From: Acidimicrobiia bacterium | GTDB lineage: Bacteria; Actinomycetota; Acidimicrobiia; Spongiisociales; ZC4RG35 | Direction: 5' to 3' | Assembly: GCA_965203555.1 (NCBI GenBank) | Contig: CBDBCY010000004.1 | Coordinates: 192,001 to 256,000 of the forward strand | Length of the DNA stretch: 64,000 nucleotides | Shown: positions 1 through 11,382 of the stretch, piece by piece | How positions within the stretch are numbered: the first letter of the stretch is position 1 | Layout of the letters: every line of letters begins with the position of its first letter | The notes under the pieces: model-generated | Database searches by the model: none | Seen by the model: the letters and a program-made list of their open reading frames with translations, nothing else | Told to the model about the DNA's origin: nothing | Program-made: the position numbers and the translations under genes

Positions 1-156
1 GGCGCCCAAGCCCTGTATCGGCGCTTCGGGATGGCGCCGGTGGGAGTGCGAAAGAAGTACTACGTCTCCGAGGACGCGCTGATCATGTGGGTTCACGATA
101 TTGACGGTCCCGACTTTCAGGCACGGCTGGACGAAATCGCGGCGGGTCTGCGATGA
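1..156 (+). CDS. rimI: Ribosomal-protein-alanine N-acetyltransferase, C-terminal part (runs off the window start)
   Basis: Frame 1 reads AQALYRRFGMAPVGVRKKYYVSEDALIMW, a typical RimI C-terminus; ATGA overlap with tsaD. Confidence 0.8.
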   Translation, partial: GAQALYRRFGMAPVGVRKKYYVSEDALIMWVHDIDGPDFQARLDEIAAGLR

Positions 157-1163
157 GCGGGCTGATCCTGGCGTTCGAGACCAGTTGCGACGAGACCGGG
201 GTGGCCGTGGTCGAGGGTAACCGGGCCCTTTCCAACGTGCTCTCCTCCCAGGTGGAGTTGCATGCCCGGTTCGGCGGGGTGGTTCCCGAAGTGGCGGCCC
301 GTTCCCATGTGGAGGCGATCCGCGGTCTGGCCCATCGAGCCCTGCTCGAAGCCGGGGTGCATCTGAACGAACTGGAGGCGGTGGCGGCCACCCAGGGACC
401 GGGTCTGGTGGGCGCGCTCCTGGTGGGTCATTCCTTCGCCAAAGCGTTGGCCTGGTCCCGTCGATTGCCCTTTCTTGGAATCGACCACATGGAGGGGCAT
501 CTCTTCTCGCCCCGTCTGGAGTTCCCCGACTACCGGCCGCCGGCGGTGGTGCTGCTGGCGTCCGGAGGGCACACCCAGTTGGTCCATATGCGAGGCTGGG
601 GCGACTATCAGGTGTTGGGGGAAACGATCGACGACGCCGCCGGAGAGGCATTCGACAAACTGGCCCGGGTGATGGGAATGGGATTTCCGGGGGGTCCGGC
701 CATTGATCGGGCTTCCGAACATGGGGATCCCAAAGCGATACGCTTTCCTCGCGCCATGCCGCACCGTCGTCACCACTTTTCCTTCTCGGGTTTGAAGACG
801 TCTGTGATCACCTACCTGGAAAAGGCGGCTCGCCAAGGTGCACTCCCTGATCGGGCAGATGTCGCCGCCTCCATCCAGGAGGCCATTGTGGATGTGCTGG
901 TCCGAAAGACGCTCAATGCGGTGGAGGACACCGGGGCAAGGGTGATCGGCGCCGGGGGCGGAGTGCTGGCCAACCGGCGCCTTCGGCATAAACTCACCGA
1001 AGCTGCTCACCAGAGAGGATTGGAGTTGTACCTGCCCTCTCCGAAACTGTGCGTCGACAATGGCGCGATGATTGGCGCGGCCGCAGTTTTTCGCATGGAG
1101 CGAGGGGAGATAACCTCTTGGGGAGCGGGCGTCGATCCCGGCCTGCGACTGGGGCCCGGGTAG
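153..1163 (+). CDS. tsaD: tRNA N6-threonylcarbamoyladenosine synthase TsaD
   Basis: FETSCDET, GGVVPEVAARSH, HMEGH, SGGHT, DDAAGEAFDK, DNGAMI motifs. Confidence 0.97.
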   Translation: MSGLILAFETSCDETGVAVVEGNRALSNVLSSQVELHARFGGVVPEVAARSHVEAIRGLAHRALLEAGVHLNELEAVAATQGPGLVGALLVGHSFAKALAWSRRLPFLGIDHMEGHLFSPRLEFPDYRPPAVVLLASGGHTQLVHMRGWGDYQVLGETIDDAAGEAFDKLARVMGMGFPGGPAIDRASEHGDPKAIRFPRAMPHRRHHFSFSGLKTSVITYLEKAARQGALPDRADVAASIQEAIVDVLVRKTLNAVEDTGARVIGAGGGVLANRRLRHKLTEAAHQRGLELYLPSPKLCVDNGAMIGAAAVFRMERGEITSWGAGVDPGLRLGPG

Positions 1164-1189
1164 GCGGCTCAGCCTCGTTCCCATCCTGA

Positions 1190-1216
1190 TTAGCACTCTC
1201 CATCCGAGAGTGCTAA
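1190..1216. promoter_or_regulatory. CIRCE element (HrcA operator)
   Basis: Perfect TTAGCACTC-N9-GAGTGCTAA upstream of groES. Confidence 0.97.
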
Positions 1217-1289
1217 CATAGACGGGTATCTGGGAAGGTCTCTCCTAGCAGATGGCTTTCCCGTTCAGTCCAGAAAGGAAGGAGCCACT

Positions 1290-1580
1290 ATGAGGCTGGT
1301 GCCTCTTGGTGATCGGGTGGTCGTGGAACCCGACGAGGATCAGGATATGAGAACCCCGTCAGGTCTGGTTATTCCCGATACAGCCAAGGAAAAGCCCCAA
1401 ATGGGGAAAGTAGTAGCGGTAGGTCCCGGTCGGCGGAATGACGACGGAGAGCGGACGCCGGTGGATGTGAGCGAGGGCGACAAAGTCCTCTATTCCAAGT
1501 ACGGCGGTACCGAGGTGAAGATCGATGGGATCGAATACCTGGTGCTCTCTGCCAACGATCTGCTGGCCGTGGTCAAGTAG
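1290..1580 (+). CDS. groES: Co-chaperonin GroES
   Basis: [31 protein letters not shown]; AGGAG RBS. Confidence 0.98.
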   Translation: MRLVPLGDRVVVEPDEDQDMRTPSGLVIPDTAKEKPQMGKVVAVGPGRRNDDGERTPVDVSEGDKVLYSKYGGTEVKIDGIEYLVLSANDLLAVVK

Positions 1581-1596
1581 TTCAGGGAGGCAGTGA

Positions 1597-3237
<1,641 letters not shown>

Positions 3238-3266
3238 TCCAACCGACTGAAACCTCTACAACCGGA

Positions 3267-3299
3267 GAAGGGACCCTTGCCGCAGCGAGGGTCCCTTTC
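3267..3299 (+). terminator. Intrinsic terminator after groEL
   Basis: GAAGGGACCCTTGC...GCGAGGGTCCCTTTC stem-loop directly after the stop codon. Confidence 0.75.
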
Positions 3300-3403
3300 C
3301 TGTACTTCTGGGAGTTGGAGGGGAAACTCCACCGGTGGCCGATCAACTTACCGCAGCATTAAGATATGCAGACCAAGACTATTTCTGGTTGGAGGATACG
3401 TCT

Positions 3404-4045
3404 ATGAGTCACCGTTTAGTGGTGACCCTGTTGGCATTGGGCCTTTGGGGATGTCAGAATCCAGATACCGATGCAATGTCGGCATCATACAATTATCAGC
3501 CAGCTGTGAGAATCCAAGATACCGAGATTCTTATAGAGGACCAAGATACTGGCCCGGTTATAGAGAGGTTACATGCAGATGGGTTTGACGGGAGCACTAG
3601 TGACGGAATAACGCTTAGACCAAATAACAATAGGTATTACTTCATGACCTTTGTCTGCCGAAGAACAAAGGAAGGTACGCCGGAGTTTGGTTTAAGCTTT
3701 GAAGTGGGCCGGTCTTTTGAGTCTGATGAAGTGCAGGTAACAATCAGAATTGGTAATAATCAGCCTGTTACTGAAACATGGCAAATCAGAGGTGAGTCTA
3801 ACTGGTGGGCGAGTCCACCAAGAGATGCTGACGTTGTCAGGTGGGTAGGAAGAATTATCAAGGCAAATAATCGGAAGATCGAAGTGTGGATCAAGGAAGC
3901 CGGTGACACCGCCGATCTGAAAACGTATACATTTCGCTTCGAGAATCGTGGTCCGGAGTTCGAGGAAGTAGGCCGATTCATCAAATCGGAACATGGCTGC
4001 GGCCATCCGATACTGGTTCGGCAGATCAATGAAAGTCCTGAATAG
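3404..4045 (+). CDS. Hypothetical lipoprotein, lower GC than flanks
   Basis: GGAGGA RBS before ATG 3404; MSHRLVVTLLALGLWG-C signal peptide/lipobox; visibly AT-richer. Confidence 0.65.
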   Translation: MSHRLVVTLLALGLWGCQNPDTDAMSASYNYQPAVRIQDTEILIEDQDTGPVIERLHADGFDGSTSDGITLRPNNNRYYFMTFVCRRTKEGTPEFGLSFEVGRSFESDEVQVTIRIGNNQPVTETWQIRGESNWWASPPRDADVVRWVGRIIKANNRKIEVWIKEAGDTADLKTYTFRFENRGPEFEEVGRFIKSEHGCGHPILVRQINESPE

Positions 4046-4050
4046 GTGGT

Positions 4051-5097
4051 GTGCCGTTGATGGAGCGAATCCGGGAGAGAACCCCGGTCACCTTTGAAGT
4101 CTTTATGGACATGGCTCTTTACGGAACAGAGGGAGGTTACTTTCGAGCGGGGATGTTGCGATCGGTAAAATCAGGTGACTTTCTTACCAGTCCCGAGGTG
4201 AGTTCGCTGTTTGGACAGACTCTGGCGGAGTTTGTTGGCCGGGAAGCACGGCGGGGTTGTCTTTCCCGGCCTTTAGTGGTGGATGTGGGAGCAGGGTCGG
4301 GGTCCCTCCTGCGTCCCTTGGAGGAGGTCATGCGACCGAACGTGGATCCCTGGGCGGTGGAGGTTTCACCTCCAGCCCGCCAAGCTCTTGCGGAAGTAAT
4401 CGGTGAGCGGCGGGTAGTGACGGATCTGGAGGAGTTGCCAGAGAGGATCCATGGAGTGATCTTTGCCAACGAACTTCTGGACAATCTGCCCATGGCGCTG
4501 GCCCGTAAGACCTCAAGAGGCTGGCGGGAGCTTTGGGTGGGAGACCAAGGAGGAAGACTGGAGTGGTTTGAAGAACCCCTCCGCCCGGAAGTGGAGAAGT
4601 GGTTGAAGAGATTCGCCGGGCCTGTGCCGGAAGGAGGCATGGTCGAAGTGCAACTCAAGGCTTGCCAGTGGATCAGGGACGCCTTGGCTCGATTGGAATC
4701 CGGAGCATTGGTGGTGATCGACTATGGCGACACGGCAGAGGGGTTGGAGAATCGGCGAGCCGAGGGGACGCTGCGAACATATCGGGACCATCATCTCGGC
4801 CCGCATCCGCTGGCGGAGCCGGGCCAAACGGACATCACGGCCGATGTGAACTTCACCGCGGTGATGGAAGCGGCCCGGGAAGCGGGGGCCTCGGTGACCC
4901 TGCTTCGGCAGGATGAATTCTTGGAGGATCTGGGTCTGGGGGAGCGGATCGAGGAACTCCGCCGCCAGGAAGTCGAGCTTGCCCGATCAGGCGATGAACT
5001 GCGTCGTTTGCAGGTCCGGTCGCTTCGTACCGGCGCCCAGACACTTATGCACCCCCGCGGGCTGGGAGATTTCCGGGTACTGATAGCGCGCCGATAG
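4051..5097 (+). CDS. SAM-dependent methyltransferase, MidA/NDUFAF7 family
   Basis: FMDMALY, GDFLTSPEVS, DVGAGSG, ANELLDNLP, IDYG, DITADVNF. Confidence 0.9.
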   Translation: MPLMERIRERTPVTFEVFMDMALYGTEGGYFRAGMLRSVKSGDFLTSPEVSSLFGQTLAEFVGREARRGCLSRPLVVDVGAGSGSLLRPLEEVMRPNVDPWAVEVSPPARQALAEVIGERRVVTDLEELPERIHGVIFANELLDNLPMALARKTSRGWRELWVGDQGGRLEWFEEPLRPEVEKWLKRFAGPVPEGGMVEVQLKACQWIRDALARLESGALVVIDYGDTAEGLENRRAEGTLRTYRDHHLGPHPLAEPGQTDITADVNFTAVMEAAREAGASVTLLRQDEFLEDLGLGERIEELRRQEVELARSGDELRRLQVRSLRTGAQTLMHPRGLGDFRVLIARR

Positions 5098-5118
5098 CGT
5101 ATAAACTCCGGATCACTC

Positions 5119-5976
5119 ATGAACAACGTAAAGACCGTGGTGTTGCTGACGCTGCTCACGCTGCTCTTCTGGTGGCTGGGTGTCACCCTCTTTCCCAACG
5201 GAGGGTTCTGGATAGGACTGGCCTTGGCGGCGCTCATCAACCTGGGCGCCTATTTCTTCTCCTCCAAACTCGCCCTGATGGCGAGCCGCGCCCGCCCGGT
5301 GTCCGAGGAGGAACTTCCCCAGGTCTACGGCACGGTGCGCATGCTGACCGACTATTCCAACATGCCGATGCCCCGCATCTACCTGATCGACTCTCCCCAG
5401 CCCAACGCCTTCGCCACCGGGCGCAGTCCCAAGCACGGGGTGGTGGCGGTCACCACCGGGCTGCTGCGGATCATGGATCGGCGTGAATTGGAAGGGGTGC
5501 TGGCGCATGAGCTTTCCCATATCCGCAACCGGGACATCCTGATCTCCTCGGTGGCGGCGATGCTGGCGTCCGCCCTGGTCATGATGTCCCGGATGGCCTT
5601 CTGGTTCGGCGGAGGGCGCGACCGGAACAACCAGGTGGGAGCGATCATCGCCTTGGTGGCGATGATCCTGGCGCCCATTGCGGCCATCCTGATCAGAATG
5701 GCCATCTCCCGCTCCCGGGAGTACCAGGCGGACCGGACCGGCGCCGAGATCACCGGGCAGCCGCTGGCGCTGGCGTCGGCCCTGAGCAAGATCGGAATCG
5801 CCGCGGAGCGCATCCCCATGCGGGTCAACGACGCGTTCAGCCAGCTCTACATCGAAAATCCCCTCAAAAGCAACTTCCGTCGGGGAGGAGGGGGTGTCAT
5901 GAAGCTCATCTCCACCCATCCGCCTATCGAGGACCGGATCCGGCGCCTCGAAAAGATGGCCGACCCCTTCTCCTGA
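5119..5976 (+). CDS. htpX: Zinc metalloprotease HtpX (M48)
   Basis: QPNAFATG, HELSH, SRSREYQAD, STHPP motifs; TM segments. Confidence 0.93.
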   Translation: MNNVKTVVLLTLLTLLFWWLGVTLFPNGGFWIGLALAALINLGAYFFSSKLALMASRARPVSEEELPQVYGTVRMLTDYSNMPMPRIYLIDSPQPNAFATGRSPKHGVVAVTTGLLRIMDRRELEGVLAHELSHIRNRDILISSVAAMLASALVMMSRMAFWFGGGRDRNNQVGAIIALVAMILAPIAAILIRMAISRSREYQADRTGAEITGQPLALASALSKIGIAAERIPMRVNDAFSQLYIENPLKSNFRRGGGGVMKLISTHPPIEDRIRRLEKMADPFS

Positions 5977-6063
5977 GACCGGTGATCACCCCCTGGGGAG
6001 AATAGGAATGCGGATTCGGAGCGGGACGCGCTAAGATATCCCATTCGGGAAAGCCTTAACCAG

Positions 6064-6145
6064 GCCGGGATACCCAAGCGGCCAAAGGGAGCAGACTGTA
6101 AATCTGCCGGCGATGCCTTCGGAGGTTCAAATCCTTCTCCCGGCA
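6064..6145 (+). tRNA. tRNA-Tyr(GTA)
   Basis: Acceptor GCCGGGA/TCCCGGC, anticodon arm GCAGA-CTGTAAA-TCTGC, long variable arm, GGTTCAAATCC; CCA not encoded. Confidence 0.95.
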
Positions 6146-6169
6146 CCGGCTTTCCCGCAAAGACCAAGC

Positions 6170-6243
6170 GCCCCCTTAGCTCAGACGGCCAGAGCGCCTC
6201 CATGGTAAGGAGGAGGTCTCCGGTTCGAATCCGGAAGGGGGCT
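6170..6243 (+). tRNA. tRNA-Thr(GGT)
   Basis: GCCCCCT/AGGGGGC acceptor, CCTCC-ATGGTAA-GGAGG anticodon arm, GGTTCGAATCC. Confidence 0.95.
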
Positions 6244-6275
6244 CCCCCGTGCGGCCCGCGCCGACTACGGGTAAA

Positions 6276-6349
6276 GGCGGCGTAGCTCAGTTGGTAAGAG
6301 CGCTCGACTCATAATCGAGAGGTCGGCAGTTCAAGTCTGCCCGCCGCTA
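6276..6349 (+). tRNA. tRNA-Met(CAT), elongator type
   Basis: GGCGGCG/CGCCGCT acceptor, CTCGA-CTCATAA-TCGAG anticodon arm, paired first base. Confidence 0.92.
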
Positions 6350-6400
6350 CATGGAACCAAAGACAGCTATCGATAAATACAGAAATGGGGGTGTTTGGTT

Positions 6401-7591
6401 GTGGGTAAGGTGAGGTTTGAGCGGGTGAAGCCGCATTTGAATGTGGGTACTATGGGTCATATTGATCATGGGAAGACTACGTTGACTGCTGCGATTACTA
6501 GGGTGTTGTCTGAGCGGGTTGGTGGGGTGAATGTGGTGACTGGGTTTGATGATATTGATCGTGCTCCTGAGGAGCGTGAGCGGGGTATTACGATTCAGAT
6601 TGCGCATGTTGAGTATGAGACTGTTTTGCGTCATTATGCGCATGTGGATATGCCGGGGCATGCGGATTATATTAAGAATATGATTACGGGGGCGGCTCAG
6701 GTGGATGGGGCGGTGTTGGTGGTGTCGGCGGTTGATGGTCCGATGCCGCAGACTCGTGAGCATGTGTTGTTGGCGCGGCAGGTGGGTGTGCCGCGGATTG
6801 TGGTGTTTTTGAATAAGTGTGATTTGGTGGATGATGGTGAGTTGTTGGATTTGGTGGAGTTGGAGGTTCGGGATTTGTTGACGGAGTATGAGTTTCCGGG
6901 TGATGATGTTCCGGTGGTGAGGGGTTCGGCGTTGTTGGCGTTGGAGGGTGATGTGGTGGCTGGTGATGGGGTTATGGAGTTGATGGATGCGGTTGATGGG
7001 TATGTTGATGTGCCGGTTCGGGATGTGGATCGTCCGTTTTTGATGCCGATTGAGGATGTGTTTTCGATTACTGGTCGGGGTACGGTGGTGACTGGTCGGG
7101 TTGAGCAGGGTGTGTTGCGGGTTGGTGAGGCGGTTGAGGTGGTTGGTTTGCGTGATACGCGTGGGTCGGTGGCTACTGGTGTGGAGATGTTTAGGAAGTT
7201 GTTGGATGAGGGTCGGGCTGGTGATAATGTGGGGGTGTTGTTGCGGGGGGTGGGGAAGTCGGAGGTGGAGCGTGGTCAGGTGTTGGCTGCTCCTGGGTCG
7301 ATTTTGCCGCATGTGGGTTTTGAGGCGCAGGTGTATGTGTTGACGAAGGAGGAGGGGGGGAGGCATAATCCGTTTTTTTCGGGTTATCGTCCGCAGTTTT
7401 ATTTTCGGACTACGGATGTGACGGGTTCGGTGTTGTTGCCTGTTGGGGTGCAGATGGTGATGCCGGGTGATAATGTGGAGTTGTCGGTGGAGTTGATTGC
7501 TCCGATTGCGATGTCGGTGGGGTTGGATTTCGCGATTCGTGAGGGTGGTCGGACTGTGGGGGCGGGTCGGGTCACCAAGATCACCAAATAA
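6401..7591 (+). CDS. tuf: Elongation factor Tu (extreme G+T codon bias)
   Basis: [47 protein letters not shown]; follows the tRNA cluster; start taken as GTG 6401. Confidence 0.97.
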   Translation: MGKVRFERVKPHLNVGTMGHIDHGKTTLTAAITRVLSERVGGVNVVTGFDDIDRAPEERERGITIQIAHVEYETVLRHYAHVDMPGHADYIKNMITGAAQVDGAVLVVSAVDGPMPQTREHVLLARQVGVPRIVVFLNKCDLVDDGELLDLVELEVRDLLTEYEFPGDDVPVVRGSALLALEGDVVAGDGVMELMDAVDGYVDVPVRDVDRPFLMPIEDVFSITGRGTVVTGRVEQGVLRVGEAVEVVGLRDTRGSVATGVEMFRKLLDEGRAGDNVGVLLRGVGKSEVERGQVLAAPGSILPHVGFEAQVYVLTKEEGGRHNPFFSGYRPQFYFRTTDVTGSVLLPVGVQMVMPGDNVELSVELIAPIAMSVGLDFAIREGGRTVGAGRVTKITK

Positions 7592-7656
7592 CCCCCCAAA
7601 CCCAAAGACTGACGCCAATAGCGCAAGAAGCCAGGACGTAAGAAAGAAAGCAACCG

Positions 7657-7848
7657 ATGCCAAGTGACAAGAGACCCCCGGTGAAACTTGCCTGCACCGA
7701 GTGCAAGCGGCGCAACTACGTGACCACCCGCGGCAGGGCGAACCAGCACGACAAGGCGCAGCGCCGCAACCTCGTGCGAGGCCGGTTGGTGCTTCGCAAG
7801 TACTGTCGGTGGTGCCGCATTCACACTTCCCACCGGGAAACGCGATAG
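7657..7848 (+). CDS. rpmG: 50S ribosomal protein L33 (Zn-binding type)
   Basis: [11 protein letters not shown]...[18 protein letters not shown]. Confidence 0.93.
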   Translation: MPSDKRPPVKLACTECKRRNYVTTRGRANQHDKAQRRNLVRGRLVLRKYCRWCRIHTSHRETR

Positions 7849-7889
7849 GCCAGGCCAAGGCGTCTGCTTCCAAGGGGGTGGCCGGCCAG

Positions 7890-8744
7890 ATGACTCTCGC
7901 CGATCTGGAGGGCATGGTTTTCGGGCCCGAGCCCCTGCGGGTTTCCAGGGACCGCGTCGCCGCCTACGTGGAGGTAACCGGCGACCAACCCGATCGATGG
8001 GGCGATGTCGCTCCGCCCGGCATGGCCGGCGCCGCGTTGTTTGCGGTAGCTCCCACGTTGCTTTCTCATCCGGCGGTTATGGCCGAGGGCGGTGCGGCGA
8101 TTCACGGGGAGCAGGTCTTCATATGGAAGGCCCCACTTCAGGCGGAGGCAACCTGGTCGGTGGTAGGTGAGGTCAAGCGGGTGCGACATCGTCGGGGCGT
8201 CTGGTTTGTGGACTTTTCCGCAGCCGTCGCCGACTCCCATGGCGGGACAATGGTGGAGGGCAGGTCTTCTTTCCTGATCGCCGGAGGTAGCCCGCCGGCT
8301 CGGAGCGGGACGGTGGATACCGAACCGCCTCCCCATCACCGTGCCGACAACCGACCGGCGTCCGGCGCCGACCTTCCCGAGGTGGGCTGTGAGACTCCCA
8401 CGCTCTCCAAATCGGCGAGTCGTGCGGATCTGATTCGCTACGCCGCGGTCACCAGGGATTGGAATCCGATCCACTGGGATCATCAGTCGGCGGTGGGAGC
8501 GGGGCTTCCGGGCGTGGTGGTGCACGGATTGGCCTGCGCAGCCTGGATGTGCCAGGGCGTCACCCGGTTGCTGGACGGAGAGGCGCCCATTGGTAGAGCC
8601 AAGTTCCGGTTTCGGCGGCCGCTACGCCCCGCGGTGTCCGCGCAGGTGGAGGGCAGGCGGACCGGTGAAGACCGGTTCGCAATGCGTTTGGTCTCGGAAG
8701 GACACGTTCTCATCACAGCCACGATGGAGACGGCGCTCCATTAG
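7890..8744 (+). CDS. Fused double hot-dog MaoC-family dehydratase (HadA-HadB like)
   Basis: N-half IHGEQVF; C-half YAAVTRDWNPIHWD...VVHG hydratase-2 motif; position after rpmG as for actinobacterial hadAB. Confidence 0.8.
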   Translation: MTLADLEGMVFGPEPLRVSRDRVAAYVEVTGDQPDRWGDVAPPGMAGAALFAVAPTLLSHPAVMAEGGAAIHGEQVFIWKAPLQAEATWSVVGEVKRVRHRRGVWFVDFSAAVADSHGGTMVEGRSSFLIAGGSPPARSGTVDTEPPPHHRADNRPASGADLPEVGCETPTLSKSASRADLIRYAAVTRDWNPIHWDHQSAVGAGLPGVVVHGLACAAWMCQGVTRLLDGEAPIGRAKFRFRRPLRPAVSAQVEGRRTGEDRFAMRLVSEGHVLITATMETALH

Positions 8745-8789
8745 TCGGGCGTCTTTGCCCAGAATCAAGCCCCGGTAGTCTGTAACCCC

Positions 8790-9359
8790 ATGAGCGCGCG
8801 TCCGGTCAAAAGGGATGACGAACACGAGTTGCTGGCCCGAGCCAGAGAGGGTGACAGGGAAGCCTTCTCGGTTCTGGCCCGGCGGCACCAGCACCAGGTG
8901 TTCACTTTGGCGATGCGTTTGGCGGGAGACCACGACTTGGCAGCAGACATATCCCAGGAAGCCTTGTTGAGAGCTTGGCGTGGGATTGGCTCGTTCAGAG
9001 GAGACGCTCGATTCTCCTCTTGGATCTACCGTATCACCGTAAACGTGGCTTGGACCCAACTGAGCCGCCGCAAGCGAACCCAGGAGTCACCGTTGGAGGT
9101 GGTGGAGAATGTGGCGGCGCCTCTCTCCAGCTTTGAGAACCCGGAATTGGCGTTGGAGTCGGCCAATCTGCGAGGAAGGCTGCGGCGGGCGTTACTCCGT
9201 CTTCCGCAGCGGTCCCGAGTGGTGGTGGTACTGTGCGACGTGTACGACTGGAGTCATGCCCAGATAGCTGAATCCCTGGGAATTTCAGTCTCCGCATCCA
9301 AGGTCCGTCTTCATCGCGCCCGCAAGCGTCTGCGTACGATATTGGAGAACTCGCCGTGA
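8790..9359 (+). CDS. ECF sigma-70 factor
   Basis: GDREAF, DISQEALLRAW, FSSWIYRITVN, IAESLGIS..SKVRLHRAR. Confidence 0.92.
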   Translation: MSARPVKRDDEHELLARAREGDREAFSVLARRHQHQVFTLAMRLAGDHDLAADISQEALLRAWRGIGSFRGDARFSSWIYRITVNVAWTQLSRRKRTQESPLEVVENVAAPLSSFENPELALESANLRGRLRRALLRLPQRSRVVVVLCDVYDWSHAQIAESLGISVSASKVRLHRARKRLRTILENSP

Positions 9360-9715
9360 GACTGGTGCAGTCCACTTTGTGCCGGGTCTCCCGGCCGCTG
9401 GTTCGCTTGGAAGCGGTTGATCAAAGAGACCGGAACCCCCTGGTGGCCCGCCATGCAGGGAACTGTCTTCGCTGTCAAGCGGAAAGGGCCATCGAGCATC
9501 GGATCCACCGGACGCTGGCCTCGATGGAGGACAGTTTGATCCTGGCGCCGGCCGGATTGATACCGGCGGTGATGGGCAATCTCGACACTTCTTTCGATTA
9601 CCCGGAGATTGAATCGGCAAGAGCCACCGAAAAGATGGCAATCGCCGCTGCGGTAGTGGGGGTGGCGTCAGTGGCGGCTTGGGCGTTGAGCAAGAAGGTA
9701 AGAAGCAGCGCATAG
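9356..9715 (+). CDS. Putative zinc-binding anti-sigma factor with C-terminal TM helix
   Basis: HAGNCLRC (HxxxCxxC); GTGA overlap with the sigma gene; hydrophobic C-terminus. Confidence 0.7.
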   Translation: MRLVQSTLCRVSRPLVRLEAVDQRDRNPLVARHAGNCLRCQAERAIEHRIHRTLASMEDSLILAPAGLIPAVMGNLDTSFDYPEIESARATEKMAIAAAVVGVASVAAWALSKKVRSSA

Positions 9716-9802
9716 CCGGTCGGATGAGAGGGAGGCTCGGTTAGTGGGTTTACTTCCTCTCAGACAGCAGGGTATACTTCTGCCGAGGCTGATAACCCCC
9801 TG

Positions 9803-9877
9803 AGGGGTGTAGCTCCAATTTGGCAGAGCGCCGGTCTCCAAAACCGGAGGTTGCGGGTTCGAGTCCCGCCACCCCTG
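9803..9877 (+). tRNA. tRNA-Trp(CCA)
   Basis: AGGGGTG/CACCCCT acceptor, CCGGT-CTCCAAA-ACCGG anticodon arm; precedes secE. Confidence 0.95.
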
Positions 9878-9916
9878 CTTAGCTGTTCCGATCCCAAGAC
9901 CCTAAACGACTAGAGC

Positions 9917-10255
9917 ATGAACCGACAGATGCGTCGACTCGTGGAACGCGAGGAACGACGGCAGAAGAAACAAGGCAAAAGCGCACGGCAGCGTCGGGTT
10001 GACCGCGCCGTGCCGACCCGAGGCAAGAAGCGGCCCGGGATGGAACGGCCGCCCTTTTTGGCCCGGATCGGCATCTTCCTCCGGGAAGTGCGGACCGAAC
10101 TATCTCGGGTTTCCTGGCCCACCCGCCGCCAGCTTTTCAATTTCACCGTGGTGACGGTGGTCACGTCGGTAGTGCTCACCCTGGTCATATTCGGGCTGGA
10201 TGTCGCTCTCAAGCAAATTGTCCTGTACCTGTTGGGAGGCATTCAAAGTGGCTGA
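9917..10255 (+). CDS. secE: Preprotein translocase subunit SecE
   Basis: FLREVRTELSRVSWPTR plus one TM helix; between tRNA-Trp and nusG. Confidence 0.92.
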   Translation: MNRQMRRLVEREERRQKKQGKSARQRRVDRAVPTRGKKRPGMERPPFLARIGIFLREVRTELSRVSWPTRRQLFNFTVVTVVTSVVLTLVIFGLDVALKQIVLYLLGGIQSG

Positions 10256-10859
10256 TCTGGCCATGTCGCTGACTCCCCTCGAGGAAGAGGAAGTTCAGGT
10301 CAGTCCCTACGATCTGCCCGGGGATTGGTACGTAATCCACGCCTATTCCGGTCATGAGGAGAAGGTGAAGGCCAATCTGGAGAAACGGGTGGAACACATG
10401 CGTTTCTCTGACCGGATCTTTGACGTGCACATTCCCCGTGAGGATGTGGTGGAGATCCGCAACCGGAAGAAGGTCACGGTCCCGAAGAAGGTCTTCCCCG
10501 GGTATTTGCTGGTGAGGATGTACCTGGACGATGATTCCTGGACGGCGGTGCGTGACACACCGGGAGTGACCGGATTCGTGGCTTCCAACATGGGCAAGCA
10601 GAATCGGCCTCCGCCGCTATCCCGTCGAGAAGTGGAACGTATGTTGGGCTTTCGGGAGACCAAGACCAAGTCCAAACCCCGGTTCAAGCCGGCCTGGGAG
10701 GTGGGTGAGACGGTCCGGGTTGTCTCCGGCCCGTTCAACGATTTCAGCGGGATTATCGAAGAGATCAATCTCGATCAATCCAAGGTGGTGGTGTTGGTGG
10801 AGATCTTCGGCCGGGACACCCCGGTTGAACTGGGATTTGCCGACATCCAAAAGAACTGA
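10248..10859 (+). CDS. nusG: Transcription factor NusG
   Basis: WYVIHAYSGHE, FPGYLLV, TPGVTGFV, KOW GPFNDFSG, IFGRDTPVEL; GGGAGG RBS before GTG 10248. Confidence 0.96.
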   Translation: MADLAMSLTPLEEEEVQVSPYDLPGDWYVIHAYSGHEEKVKANLEKRVEHMRFSDRIFDVHIPREDVVEIRNRKKVTVPKKVFPGYLLVRMYLDDDSWTAVRDTPGVTGFVASNMGKQNRPPPLSRREVERMLGFRETKTKSKPRFKPAWEVGETVRVVSGPFNDFSGIIEEINLDQSKVVVLVEIFGRDTPVELGFADIQKN

Positions 10860-10887
10860 GGCACTCTTTCATAGGAGTTGAGCGAAG

Positions 10888-11316
10888 ATGGCTATCAAAG
10901 AAGTAAGCGCACGGGTGAAGATGCAACTCTCGGCGGGAGAAGCGTCGCCCGCCGCGCCGGTGGGCACCTCCTTGGGCCCCCATGGCGTGAACCTCATGGA
11001 CTTCGTCCGGGCCTACAACGCGGCCACCCAGGATAAGAAGGGTTCGATCATCCCGGTGGAGATCACCATCTACAAGGACCGGAGTTTCACGTTCATCACC
11101 AAGACTCCTCCGGCGGCATCGCTGCTTCGCCAAGCCGCCCGGGTTGAGAAGGGTTCCGGCGAACCGCACATCACGAAGGTGGGAACCGTCACCTCCGATC
11201 AGGTGAAGGAGATCGCCAAGATCAAAATGCCGGACCTCAATGCCAACGATATAGAGGCCGCCATGCGGATAGTGGCCGGCACTGCACGGTCAATGGGTAT
11301 CGAGGTCGCCGGGTAA
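10888..11316 (+). CDS. rplK: 50S ribosomal protein L11
   Basis: [35 protein letters not shown]. Confidence 0.98.
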   Translation: MAIKEVSARVKMQLSAGEASPAAPVGTSLGPHGVNLMDFVRAYNAATQDKKGSIIPVEITIYKDRSFTFITKTPPAASLLRQAARVEKGSGEPHITKVGTVTSDQVKEIAKIKMPDLNANDIEAAMRIVAGTARSMGIEVAG

Positions 11317-11336
11317 GGACCGAATAAGACAAACCA

Positions 11337-11375
11337 GTGGGAGGCTCGCCATGAGCAAGCCGCCTGGACCACGGA
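11337..11375 (+). promoter_or_regulatory. Putative L1-binding autoregulatory mRNA element before rplA
   Basis: GTGGGAGGC...GCC..GACCAC stem with internal loop directly before the rplA RBS. Confidence 0.45.
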
Positions 11376-11382
11376 GGTAAGA

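Noticed and set aside
6347-7915. 522-aa His/Thr/Gln-rich ORF antisense to tuf
   Set aside because: A by-product of the G+T bias in tuf, which removes stops from the opposite strand; no recognisable domain.
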